Source: Candidatus Latescibacterota bacterium
GTDB lineage: Bacteria; Latescibacterota; UBA2968; UBA8231
DNA length: 64,000 nucleotides
Direction of reading: 5' to 3'
Assembly (NCBI GenBank): GCA_965242865.1
Contig: CBDETK010000013.1
Location: 5,248,001-5,312,000 of the forward strand
Positions 30,267 through 39,895 of the stretch are shown here, piece after piece. How positions within the stretch are numbered: the stretch's first letter is position 1; every line of letters starts with the position of its first letter. A model generated the notes under the pieces. The model did no database searches. It was not told the DNA's origin and worked only from the letters and a program-made list of their open reading frames with translations. Position numbers and translations under genes: made by a program.

Positions 30267-31844
30267 ATGCGCTTTTTTAATACGAGCGGTCCGGTGGTGG
30301 CCGCGGATCACTACTGCATTCCGCCCTTGGACCGGCTGAACCTTTCCGAGGTGCGCCGGTTCGTCCGCGAAAAACGCTACTTTGTCCTGTACGCGCCGCG
30401 CCAGACCGGCAAGACATCGGTCCTGCTGACGCTGCGCGACCTGCTCAACGCCGAAGGCGACTATCGCTGCGTGTATGTCAACGTGGAAGGCGGGCAGGCC
30501 GGGCGCGAGGATGCCGAACAGGTGGTGCGCACCATTTTGGGCACCTTGGCGTTGCGAGCGAGCGCGACGCTGGGCGACGAATTTCTGCTCGCGGTCTGGT
30601 CGAGCATCTTAGCCGAGTTCGGGCCGCACGCTGCGCTGCAAGTGGCCCTGACGCGCTGGGCCGAGGCCCACCCCAAGCCCTTGGTGCTGCTGATCGACGA
30701 AATCGACGCGCTGCTGGGCGACGCGCTGCTGTCGGTGCTGCGGCAGTTGCGCGCCGGCTACGATTTGCGGCCAGCGGGGTTTCCGCAGAGCGTGGTGCTG
30801 TGCGGGGTGCGGGATGTGCGCGATTACCGGATTCAATCTACTGCGGAGCAGGTGCTTATCGCCGGGGGCAGCGCGTTCAACATTAAGGCGCGGTCGTTGC
30901 GGTTGGGCGACTTTTCTCGGGCGGAGGTCGTAGCACTGCTAAGGCAGCACACCGCGGCGACCGGACAGCCCTTTACCCCGGACGCTTTAGAGACCATCTG
31001 GCGGCAGACCCAAGGGCAGCCGTGGCTGGTCAATGCGCTGGCTTACGAGACCTGCTTTGCCGGCGCGTTGGCCGAAGCGTGGCATCGTCCCGTCGCCGCC
31101 GAGGCGATCCTCGCCGCGCAAGAGCAACTCATCCTGCGACGCGAGACGCACTTGGATCAGTTGGCCGACAAGCTCAAGGAAGAGCGGGTGCGGCGGGTGG
31201 TTGAGCCGCTGTTGAGCGGAAGCGAGGTGCGCCACTTTGCCGACCGCGACTTGGAGTACGTGCGGGATTTGGGTTTGGTCGCCCAAGATCGTCCGTTGCG
31301 CCTAGCCAATCCGATTTACACCGAGGTGGTGCCGCGCGAGCTGACGTGGGTGGTGCAAGAGGAGTTCGAGCAGGAGACCGCGTGGTATGTGGACGACAAA
31401 GGCCATCTGGAGGTGGACAAGCTGCTAACGGCGTTCCAAGCCTTCTTTCGCACGCATTCCGAGCACTGGGTTGAGCGGTTCGCGTACAAAGAAGCGGGGC
31501 CGCAGTTGCTATTGCAGGCTTTCTTACAGCGGATCGTCAACAGCGGCGGTCGGATCGAGCGCGAATATGGCCTCGGCCGGATGCGAACGGATTTGCTGAT
31601 TTTGTGGCCGCAGGGCGAGCAGACGCGCAAGGTAGTGGTCGAGTGTAAAATCCTGCACAAGAGCTTGGAGCAGACCCTTGCCGAGGGGGTGGAACAGACG
31701 GCCGAGTACATGGACCGGTGCGGGGCAAAGGCAGGTCATCTGGTGATTTTCGACCGGGACAAGGGGCGGCGTTGGGCGGACAAAGTGTTTCACGACCGTC
31801 GGGTAGCGGCCGGCGGAGTGGAGATTGACGTGTGGGGGATGTAA
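30267..31844 (+). CDS. AAA-like ATPase with C-terminal PD-(D/E)xK-like domain
   Basis: MRFFNTSGP, APRQTGKT, LIDEID, GSAFNI, TQGQPWLVNAL, REYGLGRMRTDL...VECK; GAGGAG RBS before ATG 30267. Confidence 0.88.
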   Translation: MRFFNTSGPVVAADHYCIPPLDRLNLSEVRRFVREKRYFVLYAPRQTGKTSVLLTLRDLLNAEGDYRCVYVNVEGGQAGREDAEQVVRTILGTLALRASATLGDEFLLAVWSSILAEFGPHAALQVALTRWAEAHPKPLVLLIDEIDALLGDALLSVLRQLRAGYDLRPAGFPQSVVLCGVRDVRDYRIQSTAEQVLIAGGSAFNIKARSLRLGDFSRAEVVALLRQHTAATGQPFTPDALETIWRQTQGQPWLVNALAYETCFAGALAEAWHRPVAAEAILAAQEQLILRRETHLDQLADKLKEERVRRVVEPLLSGSEVRHFADRDLEYVRDLGLVAQDRPLRLANPIYTEVVPRELTWVVQEEFEQETAWYVDDKGHLEVDKLLTAFQAFFRTHSEHWVERFAYKEAGPQLLLQAFLQRIVNSGGRIEREYGLGRMRTDLLILWPQGEQTRKVVVECKILHKSLEQTLAEGVEQTAEYMDRCGAKAGHLVIFDRDKGRRWADKVFHDRRVAAGGVEIDVWGM

Positions 31845-33928
31845 ACCGTTCCGCATTCGAGTGGATCGCCCGGTTCCGGCGCGACCCCTTCGCGCTGCTC
31901 ATCGTCGTCCTCGCCGGGCTGGGCACCGCCCACATCCTCGTCCGCACCGCCACCTACGGCGCCGCATTCCCTTCCTACGACTCCATGGCTTTCTTGTCCA
32001 CGGCCCTGAACGTCCTCGCGGGCGAGGGCTGGCGGGATTTCAGGGGCAACCTGCTGATGGGATGGCCGCCTTTGTTCCCCCTGCTGCTGGTGGCCGGCGG
32101 CTGGGTCGGCCTCGAGCCACTGACGGTGGGGCGGTGGGTCAATGCCATCGCCTTCGGGCTGACCATCCTCGCCGCGGGGGGCTGGCTGCGCTCGAATCTC
32201 CAAGCGCGGTGGCTGGGACTGACCGCCACCGCGACTATCGCGACCTCTCTGCCCTTGACCCATTTCGCGTCGAGCTTCTTGACCGAGCCCCTCTTTGTCC
32301 TGTTCACGCTCCTCGCCTTGGTCCAATTGGCATCCTTCCTGCAGCGCGGCGGACGGATGGCCCTGCTGTGGGGCGCGGTTTGTACCGCACTGGCCGCGCA
32401 GACCCGCTGGCCGGGCGCGGTGCTGATCGGCGTCGGCGTCCTGCTGCTGCTGGTGCGTCGCGCTCCGCCGCTGGCCGCCCGGTTGAAGCACACCGTCGTC
32501 TTTGGCGCGATCTCGTTTCTGCCCTTGCTCGCGGTATTGGCGCACAATTGGGCGGTCACCGGAGACCTGACCCAAGCAACGGGGAACAGAATAGACCCTT
32601 CGGGGCAGTCCCTAGCCGAGGGGCTGAACCAGATATATCCATCGTCGGGCCATCCTCAAAGGTGGCGTCCTTCGGGGCAGTCCCTAGCCGAGGGGTTGAG
32701 CCAGACTGTCGATGTGTTCCGCGAGTGGGTCGTCCCTTCAAATGCGCCGGACGGGTTTGGTGCTCTCCTGTGGCTGGCGGCTGGGCTAGTTGTGGTCGTG
32801 GGGATGGGGATCGGGGTGTGGGGGCACGGCAGGGGCGAGAATAAGGGCAAGGCTCGGCCGGCGGCGCCGCCTTTCGGGTTGGGGCCGGCACTCCCATTCG
32901 GGGGATTCGCCCTAGCCTACTCCGTATCCCTAGTCGCTGTCGTGCCCTTCACGGTTTGTCAGGGCATCGACAGCCGCTATCTGCTGCCGATATACGGGCC
33001 GTTGCTGTTGGCGGCGATGGTGCTGCTAGACCGATTCCTATCTATCGAGGCCGCGGGCAGGATGGTTGCCATCCGCTACGGACTAGCGTCCGTCGTCTTG
33101 CTGGCGGCCCTCGCCCACATCGGTTTCTCGGCGCACAGCAGCCTCCGCATTACCGCCAAAGGATATGTGGCCGGGTTCGAAGAGACACACAATAACTCCT
33201 ACTGGGAATCTTCCGAGACCCTGAATTACATCAGGACCCACCTTCGCGAGGGCCGGATTTACAGCAACCACGCCCACCTTGCTTGGTTTTGGGATCGGAC
33301 CGCCGCCTTGGGAAAGCACCAAGATCTCCCGTGGGTCGGGATTCACAACTTGACCGTGCGCATCATGCGAAAGACCGCTGGTGCTGGCGCCCATATCGTT
33401 TGGTTCCAGCATGGAAAGTCTTATTACGACTACGACGCCCTAGACGTCCGCTGCCTGCCTGGGGTGGAACCCGTGGCCGAGCTATCCGATGGCGTGGTGT
33501 TGCGCGTAACGGCGGCCGAACCCTCCGATGCGGAAAGGCTTCGCGCTCGGAAACAACGCCACCTAGAGCAACTCATCCAACAGGCCGGCGAGCCGGTGAT
33601 CCGCGCTAACTGGGACGTGTACCGCAACGGACGCAAGCTGACTTACCTCAAAAAGCCGTGTACACCCGCCGATGTGCAGGCCAAGTTCGTTTTGCACGTC
33701 ATCCCCGTCGATCGGGCCGACCTGCCAGTCTATCGTCAGCGGTACGGCTTTGACAACTTCGACTTCTATTTCGACCCACGCGGCGTACGGCGTGGTATGC
33801 GGCACGGCGACCAGTGTATGGCGATCGCCCATCTGCCCAACTACGCCATCGGCCGCATCCGGGTCGGCCAGTGGATTTCCACTGAGAACCGCACCGTCTG
33901 GGAAGCAGAGTTTGCGCCGGGCCGGTGA
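31832..33928 (+). CDS. GT-C-like (ArnT/PMT-like) membrane protein, paralog 1
   Basis: Multi-TM; DS in first loop, WPPLFP, TEPLF, TRWPG, RYLLP; soluble C-terminal domain. Start uncertain. Confidence 0.65.
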   Translation: MGDVNRSAFEWIARFRRDPFALLIVVLAGLGTAHILVRTATYGAAFPSYDSMAFLSTALNVLAGEGWRDFRGNLLMGWPPLFPLLLVAGGWVGLEPLTVGRWVNAIAFGLTILAAGGWLRSNLQARWLGLTATATIATSLPLTHFASSFLTEPLFVLFTLLALVQLASFLQRGGRMALLWGAVCTALAAQTRWPGAVLIGVGVLLLLVRRAPPLAARLKHTVVFGAISFLPLLAVLAHNWAVTGDLTQATGNRIDPSGQSLAEGLNQIYPSSGHPQRWRPSGQSLAEGLSQTVDVFREWVVPSNAPDGFGALLWLAAGLVVVVGMGIGVWGHGRGENKGKARPAAPPFGLGPALPFGGFALAYSVSLVAVVPFTVCQGIDSRYLLPIYGPLLLAAMVLLDRFLSIEAAGRMVAIRYGLASVVLLAALAHIGFSAHSSLRITAKGYVAGFEETHNNSYWESSETLNYIRTHLREGRIYSNHAHLAWFWDRTAALGKHQDLPWVGIHNLTVRIMRKTAGAGAHIVWFQHGKSYYDYDALDVRCLPGVEPVAELSDGVVLRVTAAEPSDAERLRARKQRHLEQLIQQAGEPVIRANWDVYRNGRKLTYLKKPCTPADVQAKFVLHVIPVDRADLPVYRQRYGFDNFDFYFDPRGVRRGMRHGDQCMAIAHLPNYAIGRIRVGQWISTENRTVWEAEFAPGR
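32597..32705 (+). repeat. In-frame 37-bp direct repeat with 35-bp intervening sequence inside paralog 1
   Basis: ccttcggggcagtccctagccgagggg(c/t)tga(a/g)ccaga at 32597-32633 and 32669-32705. Confidence 0.9.
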
Positions 33929-33946
33929 TTGAAAACTTTATGAGAT

Positions 33947-35925
33947 GGATGAAGTCCTCCGCCTCCGAGTGGCTCGCCCGGTGGCGGCGAGATCTCTTCA
34001 GGCTGCTCATCGTCGTCCTCGCCGGGCTGGGCACCGCCCACCTCCTCGTCCGCACCGCCACCTACGGCCCCGCGGTCACCCAAGACTCCTCACGTCTCCT
34101 GTCCACGGCCCTGAACTTTCTCGCCGGAGAGGGCTGGCAGGATTTCAGGGGCAGACCGCTGATCGGCTGGCCGCCCCTGTTCCCCCTGGTGCTGGCGGTC
34201 GGCGGTTGGGTCGGCCTCGATCCGGTGGCGGCAGGTCGGTGGATCAACGCCACCGCCTTCGGGCTGACCATCCTCGCGGCGGGGGGCTGGCTGCGCTCGA
34301 ATCTTAGGTCGCAGTGGCTGGCACTGGCCACCACCGCAACCATCGCGGCCTCTCTGCCCTTGAGCGAGCTCGCGTCCAGCCTCATGACAGACCCCCTCTT
34401 TGTCCTGTTGACGCTCCTCGCCTTGATCCAATTGGCGTCCTTCCTGCATCGCGGCGGGCGGACGCCCTTGCTGCTAGGCGCGGTTTTCACCGCGCTGGCC
34501 GCGCTGACCCGCTATCCGGGCGTGGTGCTGATCGGCGTCGGCGTCCTGCTGGTGCTGGTGCGTCGCACCCCGCCGCTGGCCATCCGATTGAAGCAGGCCA
34601 TCGCATTTGGGGCTGTCTCATCCTTTCCCCTCGCAGGGGTGCTGACGCGCAACTGGGCTATCTCCGGCACCCTGACCGGGCGGCAAAGCCAGTCGGGGCA
34701 GTCCTTGTCCGATTCGCTGAGCCAAGTGGCGGATGTATTCCGGCAGTGGGTGATTCCCCCGAATGCGCTGGACGGGTGGGGGCCGCTCCTGTGGATAGCG
34801 GCCGGGCTGGTGGGGGCCGTGGGGGTGGGGATCGTTGTGTCGGGTCGCGGCATGGGCGGCAAGGCTCGGCCGGCGTCGCCGCTTTTCGGGTTGGGACCGG
34901 CACTCCCATTCGGGGGATTCGCCCTAGCTTACCTCGGATTTATGATCGTCGTGGTGCCCTTCACGGCTTATCAGGGCATTGACAGCCGCTACCTGCTGCC
35001 GGTGTACGGGCCGCTGCTGTTGACGGCGGCGGCGGTGCTGGATCGGTTCCTGTCCATCGCGGCGGCGGGTTGGAGGGCCGCGGCCAAATGGGGGCTGGCG
35101 TCCCTCGTCTTGCTGGGGGCCTTCGCCCACGTCGGCTTTTCGGCGCACGGAAATCTCCGTATTACCGCCAAAGGATATGTAGCCGGATTCGGGACGCTCA
35201 ATGACCCCTATTGGGAACCTTCCGAGACCCTAAATTACATCAGGACCCACCTTCGCGAGGGCCGGATTTACAGCAACAACGCCTATCTTGCTTGGTTTTG
35301 GGGTCGGAACGCCGCCCCGGGAAAGTACCAGCGGCTCCCGTGGGTCGAAATTCACGAGGTGATACCGCACATCATGCGAAAGACCAATGGCAACGGCGCA
35401 CCTATCGTTTGGTTCCAAAATGAAAAGTCTTGGTACGACTACGACGCCTTGGACATCCGCTGCTTGCCCGGGGTGGAACCCGTGGCTGAGCTATCCGATG
35501 GCATGGTATTCCGCGCAACGGCGGCCGAACCCTTCGATGCAGAAAGGCATCGCGCCCGCAAACAACGCTACTTAGACCAACTCCTCCAACAGGCTGGCGA
35601 GCGGGTGGTTCGCTCCAACTGGGACGTGTACCGCAACGGACGCAAGCTGACCTATCTCAAAAAGCCGTGTGCCCCTGCCGATGTGCAGGCCAAGTTCGTT
35701 TTGCGCGTCATCCCGGCCGACCCGGCCGATCTTTCTCGCTCCCGCCAGCGGTACGGCTATGACAACCTCGGCTTCTATTTCGACCGACGCGGCATGAGGC
35801 GCGGCGACCAGTGTATGGCGATTGCTCATCTGCCCGACTATCCCATCGGCCGCATCCGGGTCGGCCAGCGGATTTCCAGAGAGAACCGCACCCTCTGGGA
35901 CGCAGAGTTTTCGCCGGGCCGGTGA
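33947..35925 (+). CDS. GT-C-like membrane protein, paralog 2
   Basis: Same motifs (WPPLFP, TDPLF, TRYPG, RYLLP); high nucleotide similarity to neighbours; start approximate (MKSSA). Confidence 0.68.
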
Positions 35926-35932
35926 TCAAAAG

Positions 35933-37891
35933 ATGAAGCCCTCCGCATTCGAATGGATCGCCCGGTTCGGGCGCGACCCCTTCGCGCTGCTCAGCGTCGT
36001 CCTCGCCGGGCTAGGCACCGCCCACATCCTCGTCCGCACCGCCACCTATGGCCTAGTGGTCAAAACGGACTCCGTACAGTTCCTGTCCACGGCCATGAAC
36101 TTTCTCGCCGGCGAGGGCTGGCGGAATTTCACGGGCGAACCGCTGGTGGGATGGCCGCCCTTGTTCCCCTTGCTGCTGGCGGCCTTCGGTTGGGTCGGCC
36201 TCGACCCGCTGGAGGCGGGGCGGTGGGTCAACGCCACCGCCTTCGGGCTGACCATCCTCGCCGCAGGGAGTTGGCTGCGTTCGAATCTCCGGGCGCGGTG
36301 GCTGGCACTGGCCGCCACCGCCACCCTCGCAGCCTCCCTGCCCTTGAGCCGTTGGGCGTCCCACTTACGAACCGACTTTCTCTTCGCCCTGTTGACGCTC
36401 CTCGCCTTGGTCCAATTGGCGGCCTTCCTCCGCCGGCGGACAGACGCGCCGCTGGGGTGGGCGGCGGTTTGCACCGCGCTGGCCGCGCTGACCCGCTATC
36501 CGGGCGTGGTCCTAATCGGCGTCGGCATCCTGCTGCTGGGCCCCCTCGCCCGGCCGAAAAAGACCCTCGCCTTTGGCGCGATCTCATCCCTGCCCTTGCT
36601 GGCGGTATTGGGGCATAATTGGGCAGTCGCCGAGACCCTGACGGGGCGATCTGCGAAGGGCTCGGGACAGTCCCTATCGGCTGGGCTGAGCCAAACCGTC
36701 GCGGTGTTCCGCGGGTGGGTCGTCCCCCCCAACGCGCCGGAGGGGGTGGCGTATCTGCTGGGACTGGCGGTCGCCGCAGTCGTCCTCGCTGGCGGGACCG
36801 TAATCCTGCGCATGCTCCGAATGCACCGCGACGACGAAGAGGCCGCGCCGGCATACTTCCGCTTGAGACCAGCACTCCCATTCGCGGTGTTCGCCGTAGG
36901 CTACCTCGGATCCATGGTCGCCGTGGTACCCTTCACGGTTAGGCAGGCCATCGACAGCCGCTATCTGCTGCCGGTGTATGTGCCGCTGCTGTTGGTGGCC
37001 GCGTTGCTACTGGATCGGTTGCTGTCCATCGAGGCGGCGGGTCGGATGGCCGGGGCCAAGTGGGGGCTGGCGTCCCTCGTCTTGCTGGGGGGGCTTGCCC
37101 ACACCGGCTTCTCGATACACAGCAACCTTACCCGCCAAGTATGGAGAGCCGAGGCCTGGGTATACAATGTGTCCCACTGGGAATCTTCCGAGCCCCTGAA
37201 TTATATCAGGACCCACCTTCGCGAGGGCCGGATTTACAGCAACCACGCCCCCCTTGCTTGGTTTTGGGATCGGACCGCCCCCCCAGGAAAGCACCAGTAT
37301 CTCCCGCATAAGATTCACCAAGTGGTACCGCGCATAATGGGGAAGACCGATAGCGATGGAGCCCATATCGTTTGGTTCCAGGATAGAAAGCTTTGGTACC
37401 GCTACGACGCCTTCGATATCCACTGCTTGCCCGGGGTGGAACCCGTGGCCGAGCTATCCAATGGCGTGGTGTTTCGCGTAACGGCGGCGGCCGAACCGTT
37501 CGATGCGGAAAGGCATCGCACCCGGAAACAACGTTACTTAGACCAACTCATCCAACAGGCTGGCGAGTTGGTGGTCCGCTCCAACTGGGACGTGTACCGC
37601 AACGGACGCAAGCTGACGTACCTCAAACAGCCGTGTACACCAGCCGATGTGCAGGCCAAGTTCGTTTTGCACGTCACTCCCGTCGACCCGGCCGACCTGC
37701 CAACCTATCGCCAGCGGTACGGCTTTGACAACTTCGACTTCTATTTCGACCGGCGCGGCGTCCAAGTTGGCGACCAGTGTATAGTGACCGCCCATCTGCC
37801 CAACTACGCCATCCGCCGCATCCGAGTCGGCCAGTGGATTTCCGACGGAAACCGCACCCTCTGGGACGCGGAGTTTGCGCCAAGCCGGTGA
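35933..37891 (+). CDS. GT-C-like membrane protein, paralog 3
   Basis: Same motifs; start ATG 35933 (MKPSAFEW). Confidence 0.68.
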   Translation: MKPSAFEWIARFGRDPFALLSVVLAGLGTAHILVRTATYGLVVKTDSVQFLSTAMNFLAGEGWRNFTGEPLVGWPPLFPLLLAAFGWVGLDPLEAGRWVNATAFGLTILAAGSWLRSNLRARWLALAATATLAASLPLSRWASHLRTDFLFALLTLLALVQLAAFLRRRTDAPLGWAAVCTALAALTRYPGVVLIGVGILLLGPLARPKKTLAFGAISSLPLLAVLGHNWAVAETLTGRSAKGSGQSLSAGLSQTVAVFRGWVVPPNAPEGVAYLLGLAVAAVVLAGGTVILRMLRMHRDDEEAAPAYFRLRPALPFAVFAVGYLGSMVAVVPFTVRQAIDSRYLLPVYVPLLLVAALLLDRLLSIEAAGRMAGAKWGLASLVLLGGLAHTGFSIHSNLTRQVWRAEAWVYNVSHWESSEPLNYIRTHLREGRIYSNHAPLAWFWDRTAPPGKHQYLPHKIHQVVPRIMGKTDSDGAHIVWFQDRKLWYRYDAFDIHCLPGVEPVAELSNGVVFRVTAAAEPFDAERHRTRKQRYLDQLIQQAGELVVRSNWDVYRNGRKLTYLKQPCTPADVQAKFVLHVTPVDPADLPTYRQRYGFDNFDFYFDRRGVQVGDQCIVTAHLPNYAIRRIRVGQWISDGNRTLWDAEFAPSR

Positions 37892-37928
37892 TTACCACGC
37901 CAGAACCCCAACCTAAAGGAGCACCGCC

Positions 37929-39002
37929 ATGGACGAAAAATACACGGTCGCCATCATTGGCTGCGGCCGCCTCGGCCAGCACTACGCCGAAGTCTATCAA
38001 ACCTTGCCCCACACCGAGCTAGTCGCCATCGCCGAATACAACCCCGAGCGGCGTCAAGCCGTTGGCGAGCGATTCGGCGTCCGCGCACTCTATCGGGACG
38101 CGCCGGCCCTCTTCCGGCACATCGTCCCGGACATTGCGGTCGTCGTGCTGCCCGGCCAGTACATCAAGGAGGCCGTCATCGCGGCCGCGCAAGCGGGCGT
38201 CAAGGGCGTCTCCACGGACAAGCCCATTGGGGCTCGCCTGTCCGAGGTCGATGCCATGATCGAGGAATGCGAAAGGCGCGGCGTAGTCTTTGCCGGCGGC
38301 AACCTGCAACGGGCTATGGGCGAGGTGCAAGAAGCCGCCGGCTGGCTGCGGGCGGGCGAGTTCGGCCCATTGCGCGGGGCCAGCGTCCACGGCTGGGGCG
38401 GCGAAATCTCCGGCGGGGGCTGCCAGCACATCGCCGTTTTGCGGCTCTTCACCCAAGCCGAGATCACCCAAGTCATCGCTTGGGGTGCCCCAGCGGAGGC
38501 CCTCGCGCGCGACGACGACGAGGGCCTGATCGTCAACGGGCAATTTTTGCTCAGCAACGGCTTGGTCTGTCCGGTGTTTGGCCGCCCGACGCCCAGCCGC
38601 GGCGTAGCAGTGTGGACCGACGACGCGCTCGTCCGCTGGGATTGGGGACCGCCCGAAATTTTCCAAGGCCGCGACGCGCAGGGGGTTCGCACCCAGCTCG
38701 ACCGCCGCTATACGCCGCTCGCCTACCCCCGCTTCTCCTACCTGGGCACCTCGGTGCTGTCGTTTTTGGATGTCGTGCAAAACGGCGGCCCGCTCTACGT
38801 CTCCGGCCACGACCTGCGCCAAGCGCTCGAAGTGGCCATCGCCGCCAAGTACTCGGCCCTGTGGGGCAATGTGCCGCTCAACCTGCCGCTCGCCGACCGC
38901 TCCCTCGCGCTCTACCCGCGGGCCTATCGCTGGCTCGGCGGCGACCAGTCCGGGCGTCCACAACCCTACGCCGAGGCGCGGGAAGGGACGCTTTTTTCTT
39001 AG
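37929..39002 (+). CDS. Gfo/Idh/MocA oxidoreductase
   Basis: VAIIGCGRLG, TDKPI; AAGGAG RBS. Confidence 0.88.
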   Translation: MDEKYTVAIIGCGRLGQHYAEVYQTLPHTELVAIAEYNPERRQAVGERFGVRALYRDAPALFRHIVPDIAVVVLPGQYIKEAVIAAAQAGVKGVSTDKPIGARLSEVDAMIEECERRGVVFAGGNLQRAMGEVQEAAGWLRAGEFGPLRGASVHGWGGEISGGGCQHIAVLRLFTQAEITQVIAWGAPAEALARDDDEGLIVNGQFLLSNGLVCPVFGRPTPSRGVAVWTDDALVRWDWGPPEIFQGRDAQGVRTQLDRRYTPLAYPRFSYLGTSVLSFLDVVQNGGPLYVSGHDLRQALEVAIAAKYSALWGNVPLNLPLADRSLALYPRAYRWLGGDQSGRPQPYAEAREGTLFS

Positions 39003-39040
39003 GATGGATTCCGGTTCTCGCTTCCGTTATACTTCGATTT

Positions 39041-39433
39041 ATGCACGCTTACCGATCGTACATTGAGGCTTGGCAAAAGCGTCTGCGCCAAGAGCGGGAA
39101 GCACTCGACCAAGCCGCGCGACAAGCGCGGACGCAGGCCCAAGCCTGCGCTCAGGCTCTGGTCGAGGAGTACGGGGCCGAGCGCGTGCATCTCATCGGCT
39201 CGCTGGCCCGAGGCAGCGGTTTCCACGCGCGCTCGGATATCGACTTGGTCGTCGCGGGCTTGGCACCGGAACGCTACTTTGCGGTGTTAGCCGATGTGGC
39301 CGAGCGAGCGGGCCGCGAGGTCGATTTGATTCTACTTGAGTCGGCAACGCCGGCGTTGCGTCAGTGCGTTGCCAACGAGGGAGTGCTGCTATATGAGCGC
39401 ACAGAAATTCCTGCTGCTGCGGGCGGACATTGA
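39041..39433 (+). CDS. Minimal nucleotidyltransferase (MNT) antitoxin
   Basis: LIGSLARG...SDIDLVV...VDLI; overlaps downstream HEPN gene. Confidence 0.85.
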   Translation: MHAYRSYIEAWQKRLRQEREALDQAARQARTQAQACAQALVEEYGAERVHLIGSLARGSGFHARSDIDLVVAGLAPERYFAVLADVAERAGREVDLILLESATPALRQCVANEGVLLYERTEIPAAAGGH

Positions 39434-39880
39434 CCGGGCGCTAGAGCCGCTTGCCGCCGTGGTGGCGGAAGGTCGGGAGATCCTCGAGAAACTCGACGGA
39501 CCGCCCACCACGTGGAACTGCGCGGCATTGGCAGCATCTTACACGACTTCTATACCGGCATGGAACAACTCCTAGAGCACATCGCCAGCGAGCTCGATGG
39601 CGAGATACCTGTCGGCGCTTACTGGCACACGCAGCTTTTGGGCCGGATGACGAGCGAAATAGAAGGGGTGCGCCCGGCCGTCCTCAGCGCAGAACTCGCA
39701 GACGCACTGCGCCCCTACCTGCGCTTCCTCCATCTCTTCAGGAATATATACGGTACGCAATTGCGCTGGGAGTTGTGCCGCGAATTGGCCACTGAGATGG
39801 AAGACGTCTGGGAAAAATTCCACCGAGAGCTGGAAGCGTTCAAAGACCTATTGAAGAGGTTGTACGCCGGCTGTAGTTAG
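39393..39880 (+). pseudogene. HepT-like HEPN toxin, frameshifted
   Basis: MSAQKF...PPT frame switches near 39510 to VELRGIGSILHDFYTGME...WH..LL...FLHLFRNIYG. Confidence 0.78.
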
Positions 39881-39895
39881 CCGCAAACCCGTTTC

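Noticed and set aside
32597-32705. CRISPR-like 37-bp repeat / 35-bp spacer geometry
   Set aside because: Only two copies, in frame inside a CDS, and the repeat is ordinary coding sequence present once in each paralog.
31832-37891. Diversity-generating retroelement behind paralog variation
   Set aside because: No reverse transcriptase or template repeat in the window; differences include indels and are not confined to adenines.
38267-39433. 388-aa ORF
   Set aside because: Only the last ~130 aa (MNT) are protein-like; the rest is an alternative frame of the oxidoreductase.
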